From: a virus
Lineage: Duplodnaviria; Heunggongvirae; Uroviricota; Caudoviricetes
IMG/VR virus record: IMGVR_UViG_2671181030_000006
Length of the DNA stretch: 43,579 bases
Reading direction: 5' to 3' (one strand)
Every line of letters begins with the position of its first letter. Positions within the stretch are counted from its first letter, which is position 1. Shown here piece after piece: positions 27,217 to 38,900 of this stretch. Made by a program: the position numbers and the translations under genes. Below the pieces are notes generated by a model. It searched no databases. It had not been told where the DNA came from and worked only from the letters and a program-made list of their open reading frames with translations.

Positions 27217-27543
27217 ATGGCTAAGAACTATGCGCAGGACGGGAAAACGATCCCTCTGGTAAACAGTGGTGCAACCGATGTTCACAGCGGCGACCCGGTT
27301 GTTGTTGGAAAACTTATCGCGGTGGCAATTACCGATATCCCGGCTGGCGATACCGGGGACGGTTTTACTGAGGGTGTTTTCCTCCTGCCAAAAGTATCCG
27401 CAGATGCGGTTACTGCCGGGGCGCAGGTGTATCTGAAGGACGGCAAAATCACGATCGAAGAAACGGACGCCGTTGCCGCGGGCATCGCCTGGGAAGATGC
27501 AGGGGCAAACACCACCGTTGTTGAAGTTAAGATCAATGCCTAA
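27217..27543 (+). CDS. Head decoration / capsid cement-like protein
   Basis: Seen: 108-aa Gly/Ala/Val-rich ORF right after the capsid gene. Inference from position. Confidence 0.55.
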   Translation: MAKNYAQDGKTIPLVNSGATDVHSGDPVVVGKLIAVAITDIPAGDTGDGFTEGVFLLPKVSADAVTAGAQVYLKDGKITIEETDAVAAGIAWEDAGANTTVVEVKINA

Positions 27544-27811
27544 CTCCTTTGACCGGATGGCGGCGCGCATGGACGCGGCCACTATAAAAAAGATGGGAAA
27601 GACAGCGATCATCAATGGCAGCAGCTATGACGTTGTTCCCGCCGAGCAACTCGAGGAAATGGGGCCATTGTCGGGAACAGGTACTTCGCTGGTGGTTTTC
27701 TCTGAGCTTTACCAGCCACGCCGAAACGACAGCGTCGACTACGACGGTAAGAACCTGATCGTTACCCGCTATGACATGTTCAACGGAAAACCCCGCATCC
27801 ATCTCGAATGA
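27536..27811 (+). CDS. Head-tail connector / head completion protein (FII-like position)
   Basis: Seen: 91-aa ORF from ATG 27536 overlapping the upstream stop. Confidence 0.5.
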   Translation: MPNSFDRMAARMDAATIKKMGKTAIINGSSYDVVPAEQLEEMGPLSGTGTSLVVFSELYQPRRNDSVDYDGKNLIVTRYDMFNGKPRIHLE

Positions 27812-27820
27812 GGAGGCGCT

Positions 27821-28399
27821 ATGTCTGTGAAAGGACTGGAAAGGGCTATTCAGAACCTGAACAGCCTCAGCCGGTTAATCGTTCCTGAGGCAACCGCAAA
27901 AGCACTTAACAGGGTGGCCAGAAGAACGATAAGCCAGGGGAGCAAAGCTGTAGCGAAAGAAGCAACAGTTGATGATAACCGGAAAAAGGGGCTTCCGGTT
28001 CGTCTGGTCCGCCAGCGTTCCCGTCTGCGCAAGGCCCGTCACGATCGCCAGGTCGCGTCGATAAAAATCAACCGCGGTAATCTTCCTGCGATAAAGCTCG
28101 GCACGGCGCGCGTCAGGCTCTCGCGTAAAAAAGGGGCCAGAAACGGAGCGGGCAGCGTCCTTAAAATCGGGCCCTATACCTTTCGTAACGCTTTTATCCA
28201 ACAGCTTGCGAACGGGCGCTGGCAGGTCATGCGGCGCGTAGGTCAGGCCCGTTATCCGATTGATGTGGTCAAAGTTCCTCTTGAGACACCGCTCACCGTG
28301 GCCTTCACCGCTATTTCAAAGCGCCTTATTGAAAGCGATATGCCCAAAGAACTTTCCGCAGCCCTGAAAAACCAACTGAGGATCCACCTGAAGCGATGA
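27821..28399 (+). CDS. Tail completion protein (gpZ-like)
   Basis: Seen: 192-aa basic ORF; position and size match lambda Z, which precedes U. Confidence 0.6.
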   Translation: MSVKGLERAIQNLNSLSRLIVPEATAKALNRVARRTISQGSKAVAKEATVDDNRKKGLPVRLVRQRSRLRKARHDRQVASIKINRGNLPAIKLGTARVRLSRKKGARNGAGSVLKIGPYTFRNAFIQQLANGRWQVMRRVGQARYPIDVVKVPLETPLTVAFTAISKRLIESDMPKELSAALKNQLRIHLKR

Positions 28400-28797
28400 A
28401 CAGACACAGCGCAATTCGTGCAGCCATTCTGGCCAAACTGAAAGCCGAGATCACCGACACGGTCACCTGGTTTGACGGGCGCCCTGTTTTTCTTGAAGAG
28501 CAGGATCTCCCTGCCGTGGCTGTATACCTTTCTGACGCGGAGTACACCGGCGATTCGCTTGACGAAGATTCGTGGCAGGCGGTTGTTCACATCGAGGTAT
28601 TTCTTAAAGCCTCCAGCCCCGACAGCGCGCTTGATTCCTGGATGGAAGAGAAAGTGTATCCGGCAATGGCCTTCATCCCAGGTCTGACCGAACTGGTCGA
28701 GACGTTCACCCCGCAGGGTTATGACTATCAGCGGGATGATGAAATGGCCACCTGGGGTTCAGTCGATTTCACGTACTTAATCACCTATTCAATTTAA
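28396..28797 (+). CDS. U: Tail terminator protein gpU
   Basis: Seen: FDGRPVFLEEQDLPAVAVYLSDAEYTGDSLDEDSWQAVVHIEVFL...GYDYQRDDEMATWGSVDFTYLITY closely resembles recalled lambda gpU. Confidence 0.88.
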   Translation: MNRHSAIRAAILAKLKAEITDTVTWFDGRPVFLEEQDLPAVAVYLSDAEYTGDSLDEDSWQAVVHIEVFLKASSPDSALDSWMEEKVYPAMAFIPGLTELVETFTPQGYDYQRDDEMATWGSVDFTYLITYSI

Positions 28798-28806
28798 GAG
28801 GTACTT

Positions 28807-29550
28807 ATGCCTACTCCAAACCCGCTGGCCCCTGTGAAAGGTGCCGGTACCACCCTCTGGCTTTACACCGGAACGGGCAACGCTTTCGCTAACCCACTCT
28901 CGGATATCGACTGGAACCGCCTGGCGAAAATTAAAGAGCTGACGCCGGGCGAAATGACCGCCGAATCGTATGACGACACTTACCTCGACGACGAGGATGC
29001 CGACTGGAACGCGACGGCCCAGGGGGCAAAATCTGCTGGCGATACCTCGTTCACCCTCGCCTGGAAGCCGGGCGAAGAAGGGCAAAAAGACCTTGTCGCA
29101 TGGTTTATTGATGGCTCAGTACGCTATTACAAAATCAAATACCCGAACGGTACCGTCGACGTTTTCCGCGGCTGGTGCAGCAGCCTGGGTAAAGCCATTC
29201 CGGCAAAAGAGGTCATAACCCGTACAGCGAAAATTACCAATACCGGCAAGCCGGAACTGGCAGAAGAAAGCGGGACCCCGAATATCCCCGTGACAGGCGT
29301 TACGCTCGATAAAGCCACGGCAAGCGTGGCCGTCGGCGCAACCACAACGCTCAATGTGACGGTTAACCCAGCCAGTGCCTCAGATACCGCGTTCCGTGTG
29401 GCAACCTCAGACGGGGCAAAAGCAACGGTCACCGTTAGCGGTAATGCGATCACCGTCACCGGCGTGGCGGCAGGCACCGCTGACGTTATTGTTATGACCA
29501 GCGACGGTAATTTCGTTGCGGTCTGCAAAGTTACCGTAACTGCAGCGTAA
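28807..29550 (+). CDS. V: Major tail protein gpV with C-terminal Ig-like (Big_2-type) domain
   Basis: Seen: [22 protein letters not shown]...[39 protein letters not shown] is near-identical to recalled lambda V. Confidence 0.92.
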   Translation: MPTPNPLAPVKGAGTTLWLYTGTGNAFANPLSDIDWNRLAKIKELTPGEMTAESYDDTYLDDEDADWNATAQGAKSAGDTSFTLAWKPGEEGQKDLVAWFIDGSVRYYKIKYPNGTVDVFRGWCSSLGKAIPAKEVITRTAKITNTGKPELAEESGTPNIPVTGVTLDKATASVAVGATTTLNVTVNPASASDTAFRVATSDGAKATVTVSGNAITVTGVAAGTADVIVMTSDGNFVAVCKVTVTAA

Positions 29551-29560
29551 GGAAGGACGC

Positions 29561-29992
29561 ATGTTTCTGAAAAAAGAGAAGTTCACCTGGCAAAAAGAAT
29601 CACTGACCATCTTCGAGCTGTCGGCGCTTCAGCGTATTGAGTACATCACGTTTATGGCCGCAGAGGAAAAGGCCGTCAGCGCTGACAGCGACGGCATCAG
29701 CGATCAGGAAATGACGGCCAGGCTGATTGGCTCAAATATTCGCTGCGGTGCGCGTTTGATTGCGATGTCTTTGTGGCATAACGATCCGGCTGGCACGGAT
29801 GTGGAGACGCTTTACCAGCAGGTGCTTAGCGGCTGGCCGCCGGAGGCGATCGGTAAAGCAGAAATGGAAATAAAGCTGCTCTCCGGCATGCTCGTTCCGG
29901 TTGAGGATGACAAAGCTGCCGATCCGGATGCCCCAGCGGAGGCCGAAAGCGCAGAACCCGTTGCGGCGGAAAAGCCCTTGCCAGCGAGCTGA
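29561..29992 (+). CDS. G: Tail assembly chaperone gpG
   Basis: Seen: 143-aa acidic ORF between V and the tape-measure gene, with an overlapping -1 frame open from 29911. Confidence 0.75.
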   Translation: MFLKKEKFTWQKESLTIFELSALQRIEYITFMAAEEKAVSADSDGISDQEMTARLIGSNIRCGARLIAMSLWHNDPAGTDVETLYQQVLSGWPPEAIGKAEMEIKLLSGMLVPVEDDKAADPDAPAEAESAEPVAAEKPLPAS

Positions 29993-30315
29993 AGTTTGTC
30001 CTGAATCTGGCGCGCGAGTTCGGGCGACCCGACTGGCGCGCCATGCTGGCTGGAATGACTTCCACTGAGCTGGGCGACTGGCACCAGTTCTACCGGGAGC
30101 ATTATTTTCAGGACGCTCAGCTCGATGCGCATTTCTCAGAGCTGCTTTATTCCATCTCCACTCTTTTCTTCCGCGACCCGGAACTTACCCCCGCACATTT
30201 CAGCCTGCTTTCTCCTTCCGGTATCGTCATCAGCGATGACGAGCCGGATGATGATGCGCTGATGGCCGCAGCTGAGGGGATAACAGGAGGTATCCGATAT
30301 GGCCCAGCAGATTAG
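29989..30315 (+). CDS. T: gpT region of the G-T programmed -1 frameshift product (T frame, -1 relative to G)
   Basis: Seen: the -1 frame is open from 29911 to 30315 and overlaps the G 3' end; candidate slip site GGAAAAG at 29968-29974. Established knowledge: G/GT frameshifting is conserved in tailed phages. Confidence 0.6.
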   Translation: MKFVLNLAREFGRPDWRAMLAGMTSTELGDWHQFYREHYFQDAQLDAHFSELLYSISTLFFRDPELTPAHFSLLSPSGIVISDDEPDDDALMAAAEGITGGIRYGPAD

Positions 30316-33300
30316 CGATCTGGTCATCAACCTTGACGTCGACAGCGCCACGTTTAGTGAGCAGGTTGCCCGCATAAAGGGCCAGCTAACCGGGATGGCT
30401 GAGGACTCTGAAAAAGTCCAGACGCGAATGCAGCGCGCTTCAGAGCGGCAGGCGGCTGCGTTTAAAACCGTGGGCGACGCTGGCGCGGCGGCTGCCGCAG
30501 ATATGAAATCCCGCCAGTCGGCCGCAACGGAAGGGCTTACCAAAGACTGGCAGAACGTTTCAAAGTCCGTTGATGAAACTCACCGCCGCGTGACCGAGCT
30601 TAATCAGCGCATGCGTGAGAATGACGGGCAGGCCGCTGCGCTTGCCCGTCGACAGGATGAACTTGCGGCATCATTTTTCCGCCAGATCGACGGCGTACGC
30701 CAGCTCAATGGTGAAACACAGTCGCTTGCGAACGTGCAGGCGCGCTTTCGCGCAGCGAGGGCACAGGGCAACATAACCCAGCAGGATTATCTCGCCCTTA
30801 TTTCCCGCACCACGGCCCGTCAAAAAGAACTGCAGATCGTGGAGGAAAAATCGGCCGCAGCGCGCACGCGATTCCTCAGCCAGCTGAAGCAACAGGTTGC
30901 AGAGCAAAAGCTCTCCGGTACCGAGCTACTGCGCATGAAGGCGGCGCAGGTCGGTGCCAGCGATGCGGCTGAAGTCTATATCCGCAAGCTCGAAGCTGCC
31001 AAAGTCGCCACGCACGGTCTGGGGCTGCAAAGTGCCGCCGCCCGGCAGGAACTGGGAATACTGATCGGCGAGGTCATGCGCGGTAACTTCGGCGCGCTGC
31101 GCGGCTCCGGGATCACGCTGGCTAACCGGGCAGGGTGGATAGACCAGCTTCTGTCACTGCGCGGTCTTGGGATCGCCAGCATGGTCGGAGGGATTGCCGC
31201 GGCGGTATTCGGGTTGGGTAAGGCCTGGTACGACGGCAGCAAAGAGTCTGAGGAATTTAACAGGCAGCTGATCCTGACCGGGAACTACGCGGGGAAAACG
31301 TCAGGGCAGCTGCAGGCGCTGGCGCGCTCGCTGGCAGGTAATGGCATCACTCAGCATGCCGCTGCAGGCGTGCTGGCGCAGGTCGTTGGCAGCGGCGCGT
31401 TCAGCGGTAATGACGTCAGCATGGTCAGCAATGTTGCCGCCAGGCTGCAGCAGGCTACCGGGCAGGCCGTTGACGAAACCATAAATCAGTTTAAACGCCT
31501 GAAGGATGATCCGGTTAACGCGGTCGCGACGCTCAACGATTCCCTTCATTTTCTGACAGCCACCCAGTATGAACAGATAGCTTCTGCTCAGGCGCTGGGG
31601 GATTCTCAGAAGGCTGCCGAGCTGGCCATGCGGGCATATTCCGACGCGGTCATTCAGCGCGCCGGTGCGGTCGAGGATAATCTCGGATCCCTCGAAAAAG
31701 CCTGGAACTGGGTGAAGAATGCCGCCTCCGGTGCGTGGGATGCGATGCTGGGCGTCGGGCGTAATCCTGACACCGCGATGAAGCGCCAGGACTCTTTTGC
31801 TGAGTGGCAGGCAGCAGAGAAAGAGTACCGCGCGCTGTCCAGCAATCTTAAGGTCGACCCGGATTATGCCGGTAACAACGTTCTGCAGAAAGCGGATGCG
31901 GAAAGGCTGAGAAACGCGCGCCAGCAGGTGGAGCTGAAAAAGCAGGCTTACGATCTTGCCGATCAGCAATACGCCCAGGAAGGGCTGGCAGCCGCGCGGG
32001 AAAAAATGCGAACGGACCAGCAGGCTCAGGCAATCCGCAGCCAGCAGCAGTTTAACCAGCTGGTGGAGTCCGGCGCGACGGCGGCAGAAAAGCGGGCTTC
32101 AGCAGAGAAAAAGCTCAGTCAGCTTATTGAGAAAAACCGCCAGGATGCGAAAGACGGTGTCGCCACGCTGTGGACTGAAAAGGACATTGCCGCGGCCCGC
32201 GCCGGGATTGAAAAGCAGTGGAAGGATCCAAAAACACCGAAAGGCAAAAGCTACTCAACGCCCGCCGGGGACAAAGCCGAGGAAAAGGCGCAGGCCGAAC
32301 TTCTCACCCTTCAGGCCCAGCTTAAAACGCTTGAGCAGCATACCAGCGTGAACGACGTCATAAGTAAACAGCGTCAGGATCTCTGGCAAACTGAAAATCA
32401 GTTCACCGTTCTGCAGGAGGCCGCTGGGCGTCGTCAGCTTACGGCGCAGGAAAAATCCCTGCTGGCGCACAAAGAAGAAACGCTCGAGTACAAGCGGCAG
32501 CTGGCCGACCTGGGCGATAAGGTTGCCAGCCAGCAAAAGCTCAACCAGCTGGCCGATCAGGCCGTGAAGTTTGAGCAGCAGCAAAAAGCCGCCAGGGCGG
32601 GCCTGCAGGCTCAGTCTGAGGGGTTATCCACCCGGGAAGCCGGGCGACAAACTACGCTGCAGCGTCTCAGCGAAAGCTATTCGTACAACCCTCAGGCGCA
32701 GCAAAAGGTTCTGGAAGAGCAAAGGGCGACGTTCGAAGCTGAAGATGCCCTGCGTGCAAACTGGCTGGCCGGTGCGAAACAGGGTTGGGCCGAATATCAG
32801 GATTCAGCGACAAACGTTTTCAGCTCCGTTCAGCAGATTTCTCAGGCTACGTTCAGCGGGTTGGCGGGCCAGCTTACCAGCCTGACGACAACCGGGAAGG
32901 CGAGCTTCAGGGAATTCACCAGCTCGATCCTTAAAATGATTGTGTCCGTTATCAACCAGCTGCTGGTGGCTTACACCATCCAGAGTGCAATGGGCTGGGT
33001 TAGCGGCGGGGCGAAAACCTCCTCTGCCGGTCAGTCATTCGCGGTCCCGTCATACCGGCCACAGGGTTTTGACGTGGGCGGTTTTACCGGGCACGGCGGC
33101 AAGTACGAGCCAGCCGGTATCGTTCACCGCGGGGAATTCGTCTTCACCAAAGAATCAACCAGCCGCATCGGCGTGGCTAATCTCTATCGCCTGATGCGCG
33201 GGTATGCCTCGGGTGGTCTGGTCGGCGGCGGGAACGCAGCCGGTGCTGGCATGGGCGGGATCAGTGTTTATGCCCCAGTCAGCATCAGCCAGCAGGGGAG

Positions 33301-33436
33301 TGACGGAAGCATAAATCAGGCGAACGCCACGGGGACGGCGAAACAGCTGCAGGCGATTGTTCAGCAGACAATCACCGAGCGACTGAAAAAAGAAATGTCC
33401 GCGGGCGGCGTGCTTTATTCGAGGAGGACACAGTGA
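30299..33436 (+). CDS. H: Tail tape measure protein (gpH-like)
   Basis: Seen: 1045-aa Ala/Gln-rich coiled-coil ORF following G/T. Confidence 0.9.
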   Translation: MAQQISDLVINLDVDSATFSEQVARIKGQLTGMAEDSEKVQTRMQRASERQAAAFKTVGDAGAAAAADMKSRQSAATEGLTKDWQNVSKSVDETHRRVTELNQRMRENDGQAAALARRQDELAASFFRQIDGVRQLNGETQSLANVQARFRAARAQGNITQQDYLALISRTTARQKELQIVEEKSAAARTRFLSQLKQQVAEQKLSGTELLRMKAAQVGASDAAEVYIRKLEAAKVATHGLGLQSAAARQELGILIGEVMRGNFGALRGSGITLANRAGWIDQLLSLRGLGIASMVGGIAAAVFGLGKAWYDGSKESEEFNRQLILTGNYAGKTSGQLQALARSLAGNGITQHAAAGVLAQVVGSGAFSGNDVSMVSNVAARLQQATGQAVDETINQFKRLKDDPVNAVATLNDSLHFLTATQYEQIASAQALGDSQKAAELAMRAYSDAVIQRAGAVEDNLGSLEKAWNWVKNAASGAWDAMLGVGRNPDTAMKRQDSFAEWQAAEKEYRALSSNLKVDPDYAGNNVLQKADAERLRNARQQVELKKQAYDLADQQYAQEGLAAAREKMRTDQQAQAIRSQQQFNQLVESGATAAEKRASAEKKLSQLIEKNRQDAKDGVATLWTEKDIAAARAGIEKQWKDPKTPKGKSYSTPAGDKAEEKAQAELLTLQAQLKTLEQHTSVNDVISKQRQDLWQTENQFTVLQEAAGRRQLTAQEKSLLAHKEETLEYKRQLADLGDKVASQQKLNQLADQAVKFEQQQKAARAGLQAQSEGLSTREAGRQTTLQRLSESYSYNPQAQQKVLEEQRATFEAEDALRANWLAGAKQGWAEYQDSATNVFSSVQQISQATFSGLAGQLTSLTTTGKASFREFTSSILKMIVSVINQLLVAYTIQSAMGWVSGGAKTSSAGQSFAVPSYRPQGFDVGGFTGHGGKYEPAGIVHRGEFVFTKESTSRIGVANLYRLMRGYASGGLVGGGNAAGAGMGGISVYAPVSISQQGSDGSINQANATGTAKQLQAIVQQTITERLKKEMSAGGVLYSRRTQ

Positions 33437-33771
33437 CGGACACGTTTACCTGGCGCACGCGAAAAACAGCGCAGGGCACTGAAACAGCCCGAACGCTGCA
33501 GGCCCAGTTCGGGGATGGCTACAAACAGATAGCGGGGATGGGGATCAACGACAAACAGGAAACGTGGAACCTGGACTGGACGGGCACCAGACAGGAGGCG
33601 GCTGCGCTGCGCGCTTTCCTGATGTCTCACGTTACTAAATCGTTCTGGTGGACCACTCCATGGGGTGAAAAAAAGCTGTTCAGAATGAAGGCCGATTCGT
33701 TCAGCGTTTCTTTCCCTACCGGGAAAAAAGCCACTGTGGCCTTCACTTTTGAACAGGCGTTCGCGCCCTGA
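33433..33771 (+). CDS. M: Minor tail protein gpM
   Basis: Seen: FGDGYKQ...WNLDW...[16 protein letters not shown] resembles recalled lambda M; GTG start after GAGGAGG. Confidence 0.85.
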   Translation: MTDTFTWRTRKTAQGTETARTLQAQFGDGYKQIAGMGINDKQETWNLDWTGTRQEAAALRAFLMSHVTKSFWWTTPWGEKKLFRMKADSFSVSFPTGKKATVAFTFEQAFAP

Positions 33772-33791
33772 TTTTCTCGAAAAACACTGAA

Positions 33792-33818
33792 AGCTGCCTC
33801 CGGGCGGCTTTTTTTTAT
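33792..33818 (+). terminator. Intrinsic-terminator-like hairpin plus U-tract between M and L
   Basis: Seen: 7-bp stem AGCUGCC/GGCGGCU with UCCG loop, followed by nine U. Confidence 0.45.
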
Positions 33819-33827
33819 GGGGGGAGT

Positions 33828-34565
33828 ATGAGTTTTACGGCAGACATACAACAGCTTGAGCCCGGCAGCGTTATTCAGCTGATTGAGATCGACGGCACTG
33901 AATTCGGTATGGATCAGGTGCTGCGTTTTCATGCGCACAATATTCAGGAAGAGGGGTGGGCAGCCTTCGCCGCAGAAAATCTGCCCGCCATTATCTGGCA
34001 GGGAAACCAGTACGATCCCCATCCCTACGAACTTAAGGGGATGGAGTTATCGAGTACAGGTTCCCAGCCAACGCCCACGCTGTCCGTCGGGAACGTCGGA
34101 AACTATGTCACCGCGCTGTGTCTTGAATATGACGATATGGTCAGGGCTAAGGTCAAAATCCATACCACGCTTTCGAAGTATCTCGATGCCGCCAACTGGA
34201 AAAACGGTAATCCGGGTGCCAGCCCGGCCGATGAGCGCTTACAGCTCTTTTACGTCAATGCTAAAACCGCAGAGACGCGGGTACAGGTTGATTTCGAGCT
34301 GTGTTCTCCTTTCGATATTCAGAGCCTGCAGCTGCCGACACGGCAGATTACGCCTGTCTGCACCTGGTGTATGCGGGGCTGGTACCGAAGCGGGACCGGA
34401 TGCGATTACAACGGCACGAAATACTTTACCAAAGACGGTACACCGACCGATGACCCGTCGAAAGATGTTTGTGGCGGCCGCCGGCAGGATTGTCAGGATC
34501 GTCACGGCCCGGATGCGCCGCTGCCGTTCGGCGGTTTTCCGGCTGCAAACCTGCAGGGGAAATAA
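33828..34565 (+). CDS. L: Minor tail protein gpL
   Basis: Seen: PTLSVGNV...TWCMRGWYRSGTGCDY... resembles recalled lambda L, including the Cys-rich C-terminus. Confidence 0.85.
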   Translation: MSFTADIQQLEPGSVIQLIEIDGTEFGMDQVLRFHAHNIQEEGWAAFAAENLPAIIWQGNQYDPHPYELKGMELSSTGSQPTPTLSVGNVGNYVTALCLEYDDMVRAKVKIHTTLSKYLDAANWKNGNPGASPADERLQLFYVNAKTAETRVQVDFELCSPFDIQSLQLPTRQITPVCTWCMRGWYRSGTGCDYNGTKYFTKDGTPTDDPSKDVCGGRRQDCQDRHGPDAPLPFGGFPAANLQGK

Positions 34566-34567
34566 AA

Positions 34568-35287
34568 ATGCGTGAAAAATTGCTGGATGCTATCCGTCAG
34601 CACGTCGCTGCTGAATACCCCAAAGAAGCCTGCGGCCTGATTGTTCAGTCAGGCCAGCAACAAATCTTTATTCCCTGCCGCAACATTGCCGATAAACCCG
34701 AGGAGACATTCACGCTCTCCCCGGAAGACCAGCTCGCTGCCCGCGCGCGCGGTGAGATCATCATGCTCATTCATTCCCATCCGGATGTGGTTCGGCTGGT
34801 GCCCTCAGAGCTGGACCGGATCCAGTGCGACTGGTCGGGGATTGAGTGGGGGATCATGTCCTGGCCGGACGGGGATTTTTGTACGATTTCCCCGCGTGAA
34901 GACCGGGATTATGCCGGGCGGCAGTGGGTGCTGGGTTACGCCGACTGCTGGTCGCTTATCCGTGAATTTTATCTGCGCGAATACGGCATTGTTCTCGGCA
35001 ATTATTCAGTACCTTACGAATGGTGGGAGAGCGGCAAGGAGCGTCTCTACGACGACAACTGGGAGCGTGAGGGATTCGTTGAGATTGCCGCCGGTGCAAT
35101 GCAGCCCGGAGATATCATCATGATGAGTGTGCAGGCATCGGTGACTAATCACGCCGCGGTATATGTGGGTGATAACATCATTCTCCATCATCTTTTCGGG
35201 CACCTTTCTTCGCGAACGCCTTATGGAAAATATTATCGCGACAGAACGGTCCGGGTGGTCAGGCATAAGGACAGAATGCATGGTTAA
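34568..35287 (+). CDS. K: Tail assembly protein gpK (JAB/MPN metalloprotease-like N-terminus plus NlpC/P60-like C-terminus)
   Basis: Seen: HSHPD JAMM-type motif and a later Cys/His pair (GYADCW, NHAAVYVG...LHH). ATG 34568 chosen; the track ORF starts earlier. Confidence 0.85.
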   Translation: MREKLLDAIRQHVAAEYPKEACGLIVQSGQQQIFIPCRNIADKPEETFTLSPEDQLAARARGEIIMLIHSHPDVVRLVPSELDRIQCDWSGIEWGIMSWPDGDFCTISPREDRDYAGRQWVLGYADCWSLIREFYLREYGIVLGNYSVPYEWWESGKERLYDDNWEREGFVEIAAGAMQPGDIIMMSVQASVTNHAAVYVGDNIILHHLFGHLSSRTPYGKYYRDRTVRVVRHKDRMHG

Positions 35288-35897
35288 GACGCTTATTCTC
35301 GAAGGTAAAATGGCAAAAAAATTCGGTAAACGCGTTCAGTTTGATGTTGCCGACCTGCGCGAGATGCTCAGGGCCATGTGTTCACAGGTTCCCGGATTCA
35401 AAAAATATATGTCTGAAGCTCATATGAAGGGGATCCGTTTCGCCTTTTTTAACGGTGGCAACAATATCGGGCTGGAAGAGTTTGATATGACCCGCGGTGG
35501 AAGCGTGTACCGGATCGTGCCCGTTTATGAGGGGGCCAAAAGTTCGGGCGTCCTGCAGATAGTTGTCGGGGCTGTTGCGCTGGTCGCTGCATTCTTTACC
35601 GCTGGTGCGAGCATGGCAGCCTGGGGCGCGGCGATGAGTGCAACAGCTATCAGCGCCACGTCAATTCTGACAGGGGTCGGAGTGTCGATGATGCTGGGGG
35701 GCGTTGTCCAGATGCTCACGCCCCAGCCATCCTTCGGCGCGGGTAAATCCTCCAGCACGGACAACACGCCTAACTACGCCTTCGGGGCGCCGGTCAATAC
35801 CGTCGCTATGGGGCATCCTGTCCCCCTGGCCTACGGTCTGACTGAGGCAGGGGGAGCGATAGTCAGCGCCGGTATGTACTCGAGCGATCAGCAGTAG
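35280..35897 (+). CDS. I: Tail assembly protein gpI
   Basis: Seen: GAKSSGVLQIVVGAVALVAAFFTAGASMAAWGAA...MMLGGVVQMLTPQP resembles recalled lambda I. Confidence 0.85.
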   Translation: MVKTLILEGKMAKKFGKRVQFDVADLREMLRAMCSQVPGFKKYMSEAHMKGIRFAFFNGGNNIGLEEFDMTRGGSVYRIVPVYEGAKSSGVLQIVVGAVALVAAFFTAGASMAAWGAAMSATAISATSILTGVGVSMMLGGVVQMLTPQPSFGAGKSSSTDNTPNYAFGAPVNTVAMGHPVPLAYGLTEAGGAIVSAGMYSSDQQ

Positions 35898-35916
35898 GCC
35901 AGCGGCCACTAACTTA

Positions 35917-35939
35917 AAGGTGCTTCGGCACCTTTTTTT
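35917..35939 (+). terminator. Intrinsic-terminator-like hairpin plus T-tract immediately upstream of J
   Basis: Seen: AAGGTGC-TTCG-GCACCTT followed by TTTTTTT, abutting the first in-frame ATG of J at 35940. Confidence 0.45.
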
Positions 35940-35951
35940 ATGGGTGAAAAA

Positions 35952-38900
35952 ATGCAGCTTCTTAAACAAGAAACCATCCTGCAGGGTGCCAAAGGGGGAG
36001 GTGGCAGTTCACATACTCCGGTTGAGCAGCCTGACGATCTGCTGTCGGTCGCAAAATTAAAAATGCTCATTGCCGTTTCTGAGGGGGAAATACAGGGCGA
36101 CCTGACCGCTCAGAACATTTTTCTCAACGATACGCCGCTGGCAAACGACAGCGGGGAATACAACTTCAGCGGCGTGAAATGGGAGTTCCGCAAGGGCACA
36201 CAGGACCAGACCTATATTGCCGGGATGCCCCAGGTCGACAACGAGCTGGCCGTGGGCACAACTGTCACCACCACCGCGCCCTGGACGCGCCAGTTTACAA
36301 ACCTTTCCCTGGATGCCATCCGTATCAAGCTCAGCCTTCCGGTCCAGTATCTCTATAAAGATAATGGCGATATGGTGGGCACGGTCACCGAGTATGCGAT
36401 CGATTTATCAACGGACGGCGGCGCCTGGAAAACGGTTGTAAACGGCAAGTTTGACGGAAAGACCACGACGGAATATCAGCGTGACCACCGTATCGATCTG
36501 CCAAAATCCACGTCCGGCTGGTCTGTCAGGGTCAGGCGTATTACGGCTGATGCCAGCGGATCAAATTCGAAACTGGTTAACGCCTTCAAGGTGTTTTCGT
36601 ATGCGGAAGTCATCGACAGCAAGCTTCGTTATCCTTTAACAGCGCTCCTGTATGTCGAAGTGGACAGCAGCCAATTCAACGGCAGCGCGCCGAAAGTGAC
36701 CTGTAAGATAAAAGGCAAGCTGATTAAGGTTCCGGATAATTACGATCCGAAAACCCGAACCTATTCTGGTTCATGGTCCGGCGGGTTCAAAATGGCATGG
36801 TCCAATAACCCTGCCTGGATCTTTTACGATCTGGTTCTGGATGAAATTTACGGCATGGGCACGCGCGTGGATGCGTCCATGGTGGATAAGTGGGCGCTGT
36901 ATTCAATCGCCCAGTACTGTGACGAAATGGTTTCCGACGGGGCCGGTGGCACCGAACCGCGTTTCACCTGCAACGTTTTCATTCAGAGCCAGGAGGACGC
37001 CTGGCAGGTACTTAACGATCTCGCCGCGGTATTTCGTGGAATAACGTTCTGGGGCAACGATCAGATTTATGTCCAGGCAGACGTCCCGCAGGACGATGTT
37101 GACTGGGTTTATAACGTCTCAAACGTTATCGATGGGCTGTTTACTTATGCGGGCGGCTCATACAAGAATCGCTACAGCTCCTGCCTGGTGTCCTGGTCCG
37201 ATCCGCAGAACCATTACAGCGATACCGTTGAGGGGGTTTACGATTCGGCGCTTGTAGAACGTTACGACGTCCGGCAGACGTCCCTGACCGCAATCGGCTG
37301 CACCTCGCAAAGTGAAGCGCACCGACGCGGTCGCTGGGTATTGCTCTCCAATGCCAAAGACGGGACCGTATCGTTTGGCGTGGGGCTGGACGGTTATATC
37401 CCTTTGCCCGCTGAAATTATCGGTGTCGCCGATCCTTTCCGCTCTGGTAAGGAGAACGGGGGCCGTATAAGCGCGGCCAACGGCCGCCAAATTACCCTCG
37501 ATCGAGAAATAGACTACGCGGCGAAAGACCGGCTGGTGGTTAACCTTCCCGACGGAAAAGCCCAGACGCGGACAATCAGCGCGGTGAGCGCCGATAAAAA
37601 AACGGTGACGGTGGCTACGGCATTCAGTCAGGTTCCTGTGGCGGGCGCTGTTTGGGCGATAGACAGTGATAACCTCGCAATACAGTACTTCAGGGTCACC
37701 TCAATCGCGGCTAACGACGACAGTACAGGCGGTTTCACTATTACGGCCGTTCAGCACGATCCAAACAAATATCGTTACATCGATGACGGCGTTCGGGTCG
37801 AGTCTCCCCCGATCACCGTCACGCCGATAAGCGTCCTGTCTGCTCCGAAGAATATCGTGGTGACTGAGAGCGATCATGTGTCTCAGGGGCTGACTGTAGC
37901 AAGCCTGGACGTGTCATGGGATAAGGTAGAGGGCGCAATCCGGTATGTTGCCCAGTGGCGTAAGGACAACGGGGACTGGATAAACGTTCCGGTTACCAGC
38001 GCGCAGGGTTTCTCGGTTCAGGGCATTTATTCGGGCAGCTATGACGTGCGCGTACGGGCGCTGAATGCGCAGGATACGTCGTCACCATGGGGATACGGTG
38101 AAACAACTTATCTCTCCGGTAAAACGGGAAAACCGGGTACTCCGCTCAACTTCCTGGCGACCGAAGATGTGGTCTGGCATATCGACCTGACCTGGAAATT
38201 TCCGGATGGCTCAGGCGACACGGCCTATACAGAGATTCAGCGCGCCACAACTGCCGACTACGCCAATCCTGAACTGCTGGTCCTGGTGCCGTACCCGGCT
38301 GCAGATTATCAGCATGGCCCCATGCCTGCCGGCGTTCGCCAGTGGTACCGCGCGCGCCTGATTGACCGTATCGGTAACGCCGGGGACTGGACCGACTGGA
38401 TCATGGGCACGTCCTCGATAGATGTCAGCGAAATAACTAATGACATTCTGGAGGATATGAAAGAGTCGGAAACGTTCAAAGACCTGATCGAGAACGCGGT
38501 GGACAGCAACGAAAAAATTGCTGGCATGGCTAACGATATCAAACAGGCCAACGACGAACTGGAGCAGCAAGCGAAAGATATCGCCAAAAATGCCCAGGAC
38601 GTCGGGAAGGTTCAGACCAGCGTTAATGAGCTTTCCAGCACGGTCGGGAATGTTTCGTCTTCACTCAGTCAGCTTGAGCAGACCGTTGCGACGGCTGATA
38701 CCGCCCTGGGCCAGCGAATCGACAACATCAGCGTTTCTATGGACGGCATGACGGGCGGGGTGAAGAACTCTGCAATTGCGATAATCCAGGCCAACCTCGC
38801 TCAGGTGGCCACGCGTAAAACCCTTTCTGCATCGGTCGCCGGCAACAGCGCGAATCTGGACCGCATTGATGAAGTGATTGTCAACGACAGGGAGGCAACG

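Noticed and set aside
31301-31969. 222-aa minus-strand ORF inside the tape-measure gene
   Set aside because: Antisense shadow ORF within a highly biased Ala/Gln-rich coding region.
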